DNA of 64,000 bases from Octopus sinensis (lineage: Eukaryota), in contig NC_043024.1 in NCBI RefSeq assembly GCF_006345805.1, positions 682,001 through 746,000 on the forward strand, in the 5' to 3' direction. Below the pieces are notes generated by a model. It saw nothing but the letters and a program-made list of their open reading frames with translations. It did not search any database and was not told the origin of the DNA. The position numbers and the translations under genes are program-made. Within the stretch, counting starts at the first letter, position 1. Every line of letters starts with the position of its first letter. Of the stretch, positions 1 to 12,554 are shown piece after piece.

Positions 1-3000
1 GAAAAACTTGAAGTCAAATGAAGTTCCCCCCCCCCTCCGGGAAGTACTTTTTAGAAAAAATAGCCTGGTATTTATTCTATCATTGATTTTTGCCAAACTG
101 CTAAGTTATGAGGACATAAACACACCATCACTGGTTGTCAAGTGGTGGTGGGATACACATGCAGATATAGACAAACATGCGCATGCATATGTACACACAC
201 GTGCACACGCATGCACACACACACACACACACACAGTGTGCTTCTTTCAGTTTGTCTACCAGATCTACTCGTGAGGCTATTGTAGAAAACACTTGGCCGA
301 GCCGCCAAGCAGTGGTACTGAACCTGGGGCCATGTGGTTGGGAAGCAATACTTTTTACCACACAGCCACACCAGTAGAAAGTCTGTACTCACTGATTACG
401 ATCACTGTGGGACACAAAGGAAGAAGAGAGGGAATCAAATCTCAGGATGTTGGCTTTTATGGACGAAAACTGCTCACCCAGTGAACCTGTATTTGTGGAG
501 TAGACGAATGGTCTGTGCATTCATGTGTACGTAATAATTAGAGAGCAGTAATGCTGTCAAAATGTAATCACTGTGGAGCTTAAAGTTTATGGTTTAATCA
601 CTATTTATTGACTAATATTAATCATAAAGGTCAGGTCTTAATACAGCCAGTGTGTTGTGGACTCTGGGTAAGGCACTTAATTCCCACTTGTCCTGTTTAC
701 TTCATTGAGCAGAAATTCAGTTCCCCCCTCCATACATACACACACTCTCTCTCTCACTCTCTTTCATAGTTAATTAAAAAGAAAGGGCTGTTCAAGACCC
801 TCTGTTTTTGCATGGGGCGGGTTTCTGAAACTGATGAGAAAGGGGGAAGAGATTATGTCCAGACCAGAGACTTGGTTTGGATACTTGCAACATGATAGAC
901 TCTGAGAGCCATCTCCCAGGATGGGGACAGAGTGGAGGGTTTGAACACAGGCATCAAATTTTGGCAGAAGGTCAGCAAATTCAGTGGAGGGGTAAGTCGA
1001 TTACATCAACTCCTGTGTCAAACTAATCTTATCGACTCTGAAAGGATGACAGGCAATGTTGTCCTCAGTGGAATTTGAACTCAGAATGTAAAGTTGGAAG
1101 AAATGCTGCTAAGCATTTTGTCCAGCACCTTAATGCTTCTACCAGCTCACCACCTTAAACCATTGCCATAAGATTGGTTTCAAATTTTGGCACAAGGCCA
1201 GCAAATTCAGTGGAGTGCTAAACTGGAACTAACTCTGTCAACCCTGAAAGGGTTAAAGGGAAAATCAACCTCAGTGGAATTTGAACACAGAACATAAAGA
1301 TGGACAAAATGCAGCTCAGCATCTTGCCTGATGTGCTCAGGATTCTGCCATCTTGCTGCATTACATTATTGCAAATATTGGAAGAAATATTGTCCAGTGG
1401 TGGACTGATGATTCTGCCTGGCCAACACTCTAGGAAAGTACTTTAATGACTCTACATATGTAGGCATGGCTGCGGTTGAGAATCTTGCTTCTTGACCATT
1501 GACCATGTGGTCTTGACTTCAATCAATTTGGCCAAATATATCCTACTATAGTCATGGGCTGACCAAATCCTTGTGAATGGATTTGGTGGAAAGAAACTGA
1601 AAAAAGCCTGTCATGTGTGTATGCCTACCTTTTGTCTTGACATCAAGTGATGTCTGTTTCTAGACTTCAATGAAAACCATGGGGGAAATATTCCCTTGCT
1701 TGGAAGCAGGTGAGGGTTGGTGACAGGAAGGGCATTCAGCTGTAGAAAATCTGCCTCGGCAAATTCCATTTGACTCATTCAATCATGGAAAAATGGACAT
1801 AAAATGATGGAATGGTGGACAGTAAAATCGACCTTGTTAAGATTTGAACTCTGAATGCAAAGCACCACAGTATATATTATTCCATCTGGCATTTTAGCAC
1901 CTACTTATGCAGACAAAGAAAAAACATTTCAAATGGTTTTTACAACTAAATATATTGTTAGGCACAGGCATTGTTGTATGGTAAGAAATTTTCTTCATAA
2001 CCACTTGGTTCTGGGTTCAGTCCTGTTGCGTGGCACCTGGGACAAGTGTCTTCTACTATAGCCTTGGGCCAACTAAAACCTTTTGAGTGGATTTGGTAGA
2101 TGGAAATTGTAAGAAGCTTGTTGTATATATATATGTGTGTCTTTGTGTCTGTTTGCTCCCCCCGCCCTACATGACTGGTATGTTTATGTCTCCGTGACTC
2201 AACGGTTTGGCAAAAAGAAACTGATAGAATGAGCCCCAGCCTTCTAAAAAAAAAGTACTGGAGTCGATTTATGGTAGTGAAACGTCTTCAAGGTAGTGCT
2301 CCAGTATGGCCACAGTCTAATGACTGAAAGAAATAAAAAGCAGGTTTAAGATAAAAAAGTTTAAAAAAATAAAATTCCAATATGTTATTCAACCAGTTTG
2401 CATTTGAACTGGCCAGATCTCAGCCAAATGTTTAATGCTCAAACCAGCCAGATCTGGCATCTCACACCTACCCTAGAATCATCATCATCATCATCGTTCA
2501 ACATCCACCTTCCATGCTGGATGCTTTGACAGGAGATGCTGGCCAGGCAGAAGACTGAACAATATTTTTTTGTTCGTTTTCACTTTTCTCAGCTTCCCCT
2601 GATTTACTCATTTACAATGTTTCCTATTCCTCCTTTATCTTCCGAACCTCTCCTGCTAATGGCGTTTACCTGTTATCTTTCTTTCTCTACTATTGTGTAG
2701 ATAATTCATGATTAATTTAAAACAATGTGAATGGATAAGTATTACATTTGGCAGAAAAATCTCAATGCTGAAGGGTTGTTCTTATAAATGTTCTTCCTCT
2801 TATTAGCTGTACAGAGATTATTTTTTTTTATAAAACTTATGGAATCCATTGTCAAACTGGCAGATAGAAGTAAATATTTATGAGTAGCCTTTCACAAAGA
2901 GGTACAGAACAAGACAAGTCCAGTCCCTTCACCTCTTTCGGTCGATGGGGCACTGCAGCCATGCAGTGTATCTAGGGTGAGAAAGCCTGGTGGAGCCCAT

Positions 3001-3783
3001 CCCTCTCCAGGCTGAACTCATTTCTACAGCTGAGTGGACTGGTGTAACATAAAATGAACACAGCACACAGCCTGGTCCAGGGATCAAAACCACCTTTTTA
3101 CAGTTGCAAATCCAACTTCCTAACCTCCATAGTGGTACTCATTTCTACAGTGGACTGGAGCAATGTGAAGTGGAGTGTTTTGCTCAAGAAGACAATGTAT
3201 TGTCCTGTCTAGAAATCAAAACTACAATCTTATGATTGTGAGTCCAACACTGAGCTGTGTTGCCAGGGCAACAAACATCTGTAATGAAAAAATAAGAATA
3301 AAATTCCTGACCCAGACATTCACACAACAAAGCAATATCGTTTCATAACACCTTTATGCCTTGTGTATTCTTAATTCTTATGAAGCAAATTTACCAGTGG
3401 GACGACCTTAGAGTAATAGGATATTTTGAGAGTAATGACCTCTGACGTCTAGGTGCTTCAATGAACTTTTCAAAGTGATCTTAAAATACTTGGTAACATT
3501 TAAGTAGGAAAATAGCTGTAAATTTATTTATTGTATTGGTAGTATTAAGATTTTAGTAGTTAAATAGTTCTTAACTTTCTTAAGAGAGAGCATTGGTATG
3601 TACCTAGTGGAACTGTATGTTGTCGTTCGTGTAATAACATATTTGGCTGGTTAGTATGCATGGGATTAACTTGTTGGATGAGGTGGACCAGGTGTTGGCT
3701 TAAATAAAACATCTGCTGAAAAGAGAAAAAGCATTTATGTTGAAAGAAAAAAATAGGTGTGTGTGTATACATATGTGCATTTA

Positions 3784-3818
<35 letters not shown>

Positions 3819-3924
3819 AATAAAAACAAACATTTGTATACGTGTGTGTGTGTGTATGTATATATATATATATATATTTATACGTTTTGCAAGATTCTTG
3901 ATGTGAATTTGTGTGTTGAAACAT

Positions 3925-4310
3925 ATTGTTGTATTTGGGGATGGTCATGTTGCCAGTTTAGTCAATAAAAACACATGCACTATATATCTGGTGTTCACTT
4001 GCTTCAACTTTATTTTATATTAATTTTATTCTGGTCAGAGTTCTTTTGTTACACTTCTGTGACCCCATCAGTGGTGGTCCCTTGCTTTCTTCTTTCTTTT
4101 TTGTATGTCTTACTAATGGTCAGCCATTTTGTACTAATGGCTGATTATTAGTAAGGAAAGACACATAAAAAAAAGAAAGGAGAAAGCAAAGGACCACTGA
4201 TGGAGTCACAGAAATATGATGAAAGAACTCTGGCCGAAATATGATTAAAATAAAGCTGAAGCAAGTGAACACGAAATATATAGTGACTATCCCCAAATAC
4301 AACAATAAAT
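3925..4310. repeat. Imperfect inverted repeat of two diverged copies, each with a degenerate HHR-like motif (4033-4080 on -, 4191-4235 on +)
   Basis: Arms share atttggggat/atccccaaat, gtgttcacttgcttca/tgaagcaagtgaacac and ccatcagtggt/accactgatgg. Motif on +: acca-CTGATGG-a-gtcaca-gaaa-tatgat-GAAA-gaac-TC-tgg. Confidence 0.55.
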
Positions 4311-4585
4311 ACATATATATATATATCAAAATATGCAACAGGATATCAAGTAGTGATGTGTTACGTCCGTTTCAAGTGGATCAGTTTAATTGATAAATGA
4401 GTTAGAAATGAATTACAAACCCTTGCAACACTATGACCCCCAATAGGCTTCATGCGATTCTTGGAAGTGTAGTTTATTCTTAGCTACAATAGCGACAACA
4501 TTGATTTCTTCCATCTTCTTGCTCTGTTAAAAATTTGAGAAAAATTATATTTATGTGTCCTACTGGTTAAGATTCTATTTATTTG

Positions 4586-4671
4586 TGCAGCTGAAAATGG
4601 CACTGCATTTAAATTGATGTAATGATTGCAGTGTTCAATTAAATGGAACCACTTGAAATGATTGTACTGCA
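4586..4671 (+). ncRNA. Degenerate hammerhead-like motif with long stem II
   Basis: TGCAG/CTGCA stem I; CTGAAAA; GAAA at 4655; TGATTG (CpG-decayed CGATCG palindrome); GTA triplet. A partial inverted copy lies at about 4337-4393. Confidence 0.45.
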
Positions 4672-4758
4672 TCGCCTCTTGATATCCTGTTTTTTCGATT
4701 TTATTCTCCTTATTTGAGCTGTGTGGATAATACCAGACTGACTTGGTGCTTTAACATT

Positions 4759-4794
<36 letters not shown>

Positions 4795-5237
4795 ATATAA
4801 TAGAAATATTAAAATAACTAAGTCTCTCTAAAAGAGAACAGCGGCAGCGTTCCCGGAAAATAATAGTTATCGCCATACTAATATGGCATTCTTATAAAAA
4901 TAAGAAAAAAGCTGTCCGCTTATTAGCTCCATGAGGCCATCGCCTTAAGTTAGCTATTTGATACACAAACTGTATCCATATAACCTTCGAACAAGGTTAT
5001 CAAATAGCTAACTTAAGGCGATGGCCTCATGGAGCTAATAAGCGGACAGCTTTTTTCTTATTTTTATAAGAATGCCATATTAGTATGGCGATAACTATTA
5101 TTTTCCGGGAACGCTGCCGCTGTTCTCTTTTAGAGAGACTTAGTTATTTTAATATTTCTATTATTGAAAACAAGTGGATGTATTCCACTGAAACTAGGTA
5201 AATAAAACCATCGAACAGAGATTGTCGGAAGCGACAC

Positions 5238-5308
5238 CTACTGGCTGGCTACGCTGCATTGAAAAGGGGCAATACCCCGAAACGCGTCTGTAGCTGCCGG
5301 TCAAGTAG
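5238..5308 (+). ncRNA. Type I hammerhead ribozyme, U3-A8 core variant, copy 1
   Basis: Stem I GCTGCA/TGTAGC, extended by GGCTGGC/GCCGGTC and CTACT/AGTAG. Core TTGAAAA; stem II GGGG-CAATA-CCCC; GAAA; palindromic minimal stem III ACGCGT; GTC cleavage triplet (cut after 5288). Confidence 0.8.
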
Positions 5309-5599
5309 TGTGGAGCGACTGACCTCCCTTGTTCGAAGGTTATATGGATACAGTTTGTGTATCAAATAGCTAACTTAAGGCGATGGCCTCATGGAGCTAA
5401 TAAGCGGACAGCTTTTTTCTTATTTTTATAAGAATGCCATATTAGTATGGCGATAACTATTATTTTCCGGGAACGCTGCCGCTGTTCTCTTTTAGAGAGA
5501 CTTAGTTATTTTAATATTTCTATTATTGAAAACAAGTGGATGTATTCCACTGAAACTAGGTAAATAAAACCATCGAACAGAGATTGTCGGAAGCGACAC

Positions 5600-5670
5600 C
5601 TACTGGCTGGCTACGCTGCATTGAAAAGGGGCAATACCCCGAAACGCGTCTGTAGCTGCCGGTCAAGTAG
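5600..5670 (+). ncRNA. Type I hammerhead ribozyme, copy 2
   Basis: Identical to 5238-5308 at +362. Predicted cut after 5650. Confidence 0.8.
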
Positions 5671-5961
5671 TGTGGAGCGACTGACCTCCCTTGTTCGAAG
5701 GTTAAATGGATACAGTTTGTGTATCAAATAGCTAACTTAAGGCGATGGCCTCATGGAGCTAATAAGTGGACAGCTTTTTTCTTATTTTTATAAGAATGCC
5801 ATATTAGTATGGCGATAACTATTATTTTCCGGGAACGCTGCCGCTGTTCTCTTTTAGAGAGACTTAGTTATTTTAATATTTCTATTATTGAAAACAAGTG
5901 GATGTATTCCACTGAAACTAGGTAAATAAAACCATCGAACAGAGATTGTCGGAAGCGACAC

Positions 5962-6032
5962 CTACTGGCTGGCTACGCTGCATTGAAAAGGGGCAATACC
6001 CCGAAACGCGTCTGTAGCTGCCGGTCAAGTAG
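5962..6032 (+). ncRNA. Type I hammerhead ribozyme, copy 3
   Basis: Identical to 5238-5308 at +724. Predicted cut after 6012. Confidence 0.8.
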
Positions 6033-6184
6033 TGTGGAGCGACTGACCTCCCTTGTTCGAAGGTTATATGGATACAGTTTGTGTATCAAATAGCTAACTT
6101 AAGGCGATGGCCTCATGGAGCTAATAAGCGGACAGCTTTTTTCTTATTTTTATAAGAATGCCATATTAGTATGGCGATAACTAT

Positions 6185-6227
<43 letters not shown>

Positions 6228-6294
6228 TTTATATATACTTATGTATATATATGTATATATACTTTATTTAAAGCAGCAGAAAATTCAACAAAAC

Positions 6295-6332
6295 CTGTTA
6301 CTCTGAGTTTCGCCTTGCCGTTCATCGGACAG
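6295..6332 (-). ncRNA. Degenerate minimal hammerhead-like motif
   Basis: Minus strand reads CTGT-CCGATGA-ACG-GCAA-GGC-GAAA-CTC-A-GAG-TA-ACAG. Stems I and III pair; stem II is mismatched; U4 is C. Confidence 0.45.
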
Positions 6333-7479
6333 TTTTTGCTAGATATATATATATCAAAACAAGCAACAGGATATCAAGTAGTGAATCTCAGTTATTTCTT
6401 TCATATATATATATATATATATATATAAGCATATTTGTATACGTTTTTGTGAGTATGATGGACTTCTTTCAGTTTCCATCTACCACATCCACTCACAGGG
6501 TTTTAGTCGGCTCAAAGCTATTGTAGAAGACATTTGCCTAAGGAGCCATGCAGTGGGACTGAACCCAGAACCATGTGGTTGCTTACCAACCACATGGTTC
6601 CAGGCTGACCAAAAATCTTGAGTGGATTTGGTAGACAGAAACTGAAAGAAGCTCGTCATGTGTGTATTTCTGTGTCTGTGTTTGTCTTCACCATCATCGC
6701 TTGACAACCGATGCTGGTGTGTTTACATCCCTGTAACTTAGCAGTTTGACAAAAGAGACCAATAGAATAAGTACTAGACTTACAAAAAATAAGTCTTTGG
6801 GGTCGATTTATTCGACTAAAGGTGGTGCTCCAGCGTAGCTGCAGTCAGATGAGTAAAATGGGTATCAAAGAAGTTCATAGGTAAATATTGATTTGAGAAA
6901 CACTGCTATAGACGGAGCTTTAGTTTCTGGATCGTAATCATGCTTGGCAAACAGGTTAGGTTTGGTGACAGGAAGAGCTTCCAGTGCGCTTGTAGAAAAT
7001 GTGCCTTGGTAAATTCAGTTTCATCCATGCAAGCATGGAAAAGTGAATGTGTAGACCAGTTTTTCTCAACTGGGGTCCATATAAGATTTTGGAGATCCAC
7101 AATAGAATTTTAAGGGCCCCTGAAAATATTTTGCTTTGGATGTATGAATTGGTATTTATTGCAAGAAACGACTAAGTTTCCTTCTCTAACATTGCTCATA
7201 GTTTAACCTACACAAGTTTGTGTCAAAACATTAATAAATAACATTCTATAAAACTGGTTTTTAAAGATTGAATGGCTATGGGGGTCCACCAAAATAAAAT
7301 AATAATCAAAGGGGTCCATATATAAAAATGGTTGAGAACTTCTGTTTTAAATTGATAATGATGATGATTGTTATTATTACTGCCACAGTGGCAAACTGTA
7401 CCTGCTTCTGCTTTTCTTGTTGCCACTATTGGTAGCTTAGAGAAGCAAGACTTGCATTTTTGGGCAACTGCTTGTCTTG

Positions 7480-7511
<32 letters not shown>

Positions 7512-7709
7512 TGAAAAGAAATACTTCCCCAGGCCTCTATCTTCTTGAGGAATATGCCAGGTACAGATAATCAAAGTGTTTACACACACACAGGGCTTTC
7601 ACCCAGTTGTTGTTTATGCAATTTCACTCCCAAGGTATTGCTCTGTGTGTTAAGGTGACCTTTATGGAATCACTGATAGTGTGCAGGAGTGATTTGACCT
7701 CTGTGTGTG

Positions 7710-7742
<33 letters not shown>

Positions 7743-7799
7743 TAAGGAGACCAACAAATATGCTGACATTTACACTGATGCCTTTCAATTAGATGGTTT

Positions 7800-8510
7800 A
7801 GTATTTGTGTGGCTGGTATGTGTCTTATGTTTGTAGGGTGATAGCTCTGTATTGGTGGTGTGGGTGTGTGAGAGATTGTATAGAGGTGTGACATCTGGGT
7901 CGGTGTGTGTGTGTGCATGGGGGATTATTTTCTGTACAGGTGTCTGTCTATATGTATGTGGATAAATGTGTGATTGTGTGTCAGTAGGGGTTGTTTCTTT
8001 TTCTGTGTGCATGCCTTGCACTTGCAGAGTGGCTTGTTTTGTGTCTGTCTGTATAAATGTGAATGTGTGCAGCGGTTCTTTCTGTGTGTTCCCATGTGTC
8101 TTCTGTTTGTAAAGTGGTAGCTCAGTATATGTGTTTGTGTGTGTAGGGGCTTGTTTTGTGTACAGGTGTCTTTCTATTGGTATGTGTGACTGTGTAGGGG
8201 TTCTTTTTCTGTGTGACTTGTATTTATAGAGTGGTTGTGTGAATGGGTTCTTTGTGTTTGTATGTATGCTTGTGTGTGGTTGGTATGTGTGTCTTCTGCC
8301 TGTAGGATGGTAGCTTCATAAAGGTGTGAGAGTGTAGAGGTGTGGTTCTGTGTATGTGTGGGGGCTTGTTTTGTGTACAGTTGTTTGTTTATCTGTATGT
8401 GTGTGGTTGGTATGTGTATGCCTTGTGTTTGTAGGGCAGTAGCTCAGTAAAGGTGCAGTTCTCTGTGTGTATGTGTAGGGGCTTGTTTTGTGTGGAGATG
8501 TCAGTTTGTC
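7800..8510. repeat. Degenerate GT-rich tandem repeat
   Basis: Recurring gtagctc and ggggcttgttttgtgtacag blocks. Confidence 0.65.
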
Positions 8511-9029
8511 ACTCACCATATCGGTGTTTGTCTGCAACTGCTCTGTATGGGTGAATGTAATTGCATCTATGTACTTATCTGCATTATACCTGTGTCAGTA
8601 TGGAGCTGTGTCGATTGTATCTGTTGCTCGGCATATCTTTGCACGAGGAAGAGTGGGTGTGTTTCCAAAATAGATAAAAGCACTTGTAATTTATTTTAAT
8701 CAAGCTGATAAAATTACTTTCTTTATCTCTTCCGTGTATATCTTGTACTGAATGGACATTTTGTTATTTGTGGCTTTTGTTTTCTTAAAATATTGTCTTC
8801 ATTTTATTCTTTTATTTGTTTCAGTCATTTGATTGTAGTCATGCTGGAGCACTGCCTTAAAGGGTTTTAGTTGAAGAAATCAACCCAGGGAATTTTTTTT
8901 TTTTCAAGCTTAGTACTTAGACTCTCAGTCTCTTTTGCGGAATTGTTATGAGGACGTAAACACACCAACACTGGTCAGCAAGCAGTGGTAGTAAGGGAGA
9001 AACAAAGATATATGCACATACACTCTTTT

Positions 9030-9365
9030 ACTTGTTTCAGTCATTTGACTGTGGTCATGCTGGAGCACCGCCTTTAGTCGAACAAATGGACCTAGGACTT
9101 ATTCTTTGTAAGCCTAATACTTATTCTATCGGTCTCTTTTGCTGAAATGCTAAGTTCCAGGGATGTAGACTCATCCCCGTAACTTAGTGATGGTGGGGGA
9201 ACAAGCAGACACACACACGATGGGCTTCTTTCAGTTTCCTACGATATCCACTCGCAAGGCTTTGGTCGGCCCGAGACTATAGTAGAAGATACTTGCCCAA
9301 GGTGCCATCCAGTGGGACTGAACCCGGAACCATGTGGTTGGGAAGCAAGCTTGCCACACTTGCAC
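9030..9365 (-). mobile_element. tRNA-derived SINE (representative; many copies, e.g. 30-370, 1960-2330, 6590-6860, 17410-17550, 42470-42810)
   Basis: Head with A/B-box-like ggtaagaagcttgcttccc...gggttcagtccc; body caccttgggcaagtgtcttctactatagc; tail ggtgctccagcatgaccacagtc. Confidence 0.7.
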
Positions 9366-12300
9366 CTATATATATTTATATGATGGGCTTCTTTCAGTTT
9401 CTGTCCACCAAATCCACTCACAAGGCTTTAGTCAGCCCAAGGCTATAGAAGACATTTGCTAAAGGTGTCATGCTGTGGGGTTGAACCTGGAAGCATATTG
9501 TTTGGAAGCAAGCTTCTTATTACACAGCTACATCTGTGGCCATAAGTTAAGTCTTTAAGTTAACTTTTTTTTTAATTTGACTTTTGTTTAGTTTCAATTC
9601 AAATTGAAACTTTGATCTCTAGGCTGTTGTTCTCCCATTTCTCCTCCACATTTACCAACTGGACAACCACATAGATTAGTTGAAATGACAGAGAAAGGGC
9701 CAAATACTTCGTGGCAACAGTTGCCAAGTTTCTGTTTATGGAACTGGTACAGAACCCATGATGCAACTTGCCAAAAATCACAGAACCCAAATCTGTATTC
9801 TATAAACAACTTCCACTATACTAAGCCTATTGTCATCGTTTAACGTTCACTTTTCCATGCTTGCATGGGTCAGATGAAATATATGGAAGCAGGTTTTTCT
9901 ACAACTGGGTGTCCTTTCTGTTGCCAACCCTCACCACTTTCCAGATATTAAATGAAATCAAAATTATTTTAGAAAGAGTTGAACAAAAAAAATTTTTTTA
10001 AATTGGATAAAAGTTCCCTTCACTTGTAGAATCTAAGATTTTTCTCTTGGTATTCATTTTGACCCTTTAGCATTCAGGTTACTATTCTGTTAAATGTAAT
10101 ACTTATTTATTCATGTTTGAATTTACGATGCATTAACTCATTGCTTTGAGATTTTGATGACGTGATTGTCTTTTTTCTTTTTTTCAATGGCATTATTGGG
10201 TAGGTGTGGGAAGCGAGTTTGAGCATAAAACAGGTGAGACATTTTGGCTGGATGGGGTCAGTTTAAATGCTAAAGGGCTAAACCAGCCATACTTAGCCCA
10301 ATTATTTTACTTGTTTTATGTTCAAACCAGCCAGATCTGGTATCTCGCAATACCAGGCTTTAAAAAGTTAGAAATTAATTATTGGGGTCAATTCATTAGA
10401 CTAAAGCGTCTTCAAGGCAGTGCCCCAGCATGGCCACAGTCTAATGACTGAAAGAAGTGAAGTAAAAGATAAAAGGAAGATAATGTAATTTTGATAAGTT
10501 TTAATTTAAGTCACTTTTAAAACAGAGGTGGGGGAATTTGTTGTCGAATGAGGGAGATATCTCTGCTGGATTAGATCAAAAAAGATAACCATAAAAACCC
10601 ATGTGATTTACGCAGGTGATTTTCAGGATAAAATTTTTTTAAAAAAATGCTTCTACTTATGTAAAATTCACCTTTAAAAATTTTGAGAATTGCCAATATA
10701 GCCAGGGGGAAAAGGTTTCCAATTTAGTTGTATTTAGCATAATTTTACTTACTTCTGATTAGATTTTATTTAATTTTCATTAAATAAAAATAATTTCTGT
10801 TTAACAGGTATCACATTGAAAGCTATTAAATTAAAAAGTGCTTATGTTGTTTATAATAAACTTTATTTTACATTTCTTGCCCACAAGAGATTATGTCTGA
10901 TCTTTAGCTTACTGCTGTGTCTTCTTAAATCACAATCACAGGAAAAGTTGTTGATGAGAATTACCAACCAAAGCAAAGCTAATAAATACGCACAGGTGTT
11001 ACAAATTAAGTTTAATTACCAATAAACATCAGCTTGGATGACACTTTACTCAACCGACAGAAGGTGACTGATCAAACTGATTATATAAACAGAATTCTTT
11101 TCCATCTATTCTTGTGGGAACCTTTGATATGGAGTGTTGAAATTTTAATCCCTTTCACACTTATAAAATGTGAAGCAAACTTTAAAATTTGTCATTTCCG
11201 TTATTGCTAGTATGGGCAGAACTTATGAATTGTTTACTGCGAAGGAGAAATTAAATATGTGCTCCATTGCAATAAGTAGAGACTCCAAGCAATGTAAAAT
11301 ATAGCCTGGACCAAGTTAACTAGCATGAATGTTAGACTTCAAAAACTAGTTAACCATTTAGTGATTTTAGTAAATTTAAACAGAAAAAGTAAGCATTATA
11401 CTGTCCAGCATAAATAAGTCCACTTCTTTATGTGTATTGAAGGCATTATTTTTTTCTGTGAAAACCTATTCTGACATTAAATGAGTCAACTTGTGGTACA
11501 AATGTTTACGTTTTGCATGTCTTTTTTCAACAAAAAAAATTTCAAAACAAATTCTGGAAACGATCTACTCGTGTAATTTACGCAGCCCCTAAAGTTTATT
11601 TTTACTTTTGCGCAAAAAAAGTGAATAAATTAAATGGATTTTTACGGTAATCATTGTTGCTGGTGTCGTGTAAATGGCAGGTGTGATATTCTAGTCCTGG
11701 TCATTGATAGCACCATGTAAATGACACCTGTGAATCATAGTTATGGTCGTTGCTGGTGCCATGTCAATGGCACCCATGGCACTTAGAAGCACCCATTACA
11801 CTTCTGGGGTGGTTGGCGTTGGGAAGGACATCCAGTTGTCAAAACCAAGCTAAGTCAGACTGGAACCTGGTGCAGCTCTCCGGCTTATCAGCGCCAGCAT
11901 GGAGAGTGGACTTGAAATGATGATGACAAACAGTACACTTGTTGTCTCCTTGTCAAGGCAGCTTGTTTGAACAGATCTGTTGAGAGATTCTACTGATAAT
12001 ATATATACACACACACACATATGAGCACCAGTTACACACTATAAACACATTAATGCAATCAGCAATGTTCTACTTGAGTCATCTTGCCACTTCACACTAA
12101 ATATTTATTATACATTTATGCATGTCACTGAATCCTTTCAGACTAACAAGCCAAACACATTAGAGCCAAGCCACAAAATCCTGTCTATTTTATTTATTTC
12201 TTTACTCTTTTCTTCTCTCTTTCATGCTCCAATGAACACTGTTCTGTCCTTGAATGATTTCTTTGGAGGCTGATTTTTGGGAGTTTTTTTTATGAGAACA

Positions 12301-12554
12301 GGTTGCTGATTCCTCCCTCGACTGTGTCTCTGTTTCTAGTGAGGAACTCTATGAGCAGGACTCAAAGATCTATTTTATTTATTTCTTTACTCTTTTCTTC
12401 TCTTTTTCATGCTCCAATGAACACTTATTCTGTCGGTTTCTATTGCTGAACTGCTAAGTTACAGCAATATAAACAAATAAGGTTGCCAATTCAGTGTTGT
12501 GGTAGAGTCACACACACACACACACACTCACTTGCTCACACATTCAGCATTAGT

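Larger units (their letters stand above)
4797..6188 (+). mobile_element. 362-bp tandem array (about 3.3 units) with an inverted 200-bp 5' arm; Penelope pseudo-LTR or non-LTR retrozyme-like
   Basis: caaatagcta recurs at 5001, 5363, 5725 and 6087. 4797-4996 is the reverse complement of part of the unit. Both ends run into (TA)n. One HHR per full unit. Confidence 0.8.

Noticed and set aside
4797-6188. CRISPR-like array interpretation of the tandem repeats (also 52027-52405)
   Set aside because: Units are contiguous and near-identical with no unique spacers; the context is eukaryotic and there are no cas genes.
9623-9843. Stop-free + frame of about 70 codons after an AG in non-repetitive sequence
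   Set aside because: No recognisable homology, no clear donor, and not presequence-like; cannot be supported as an exon.
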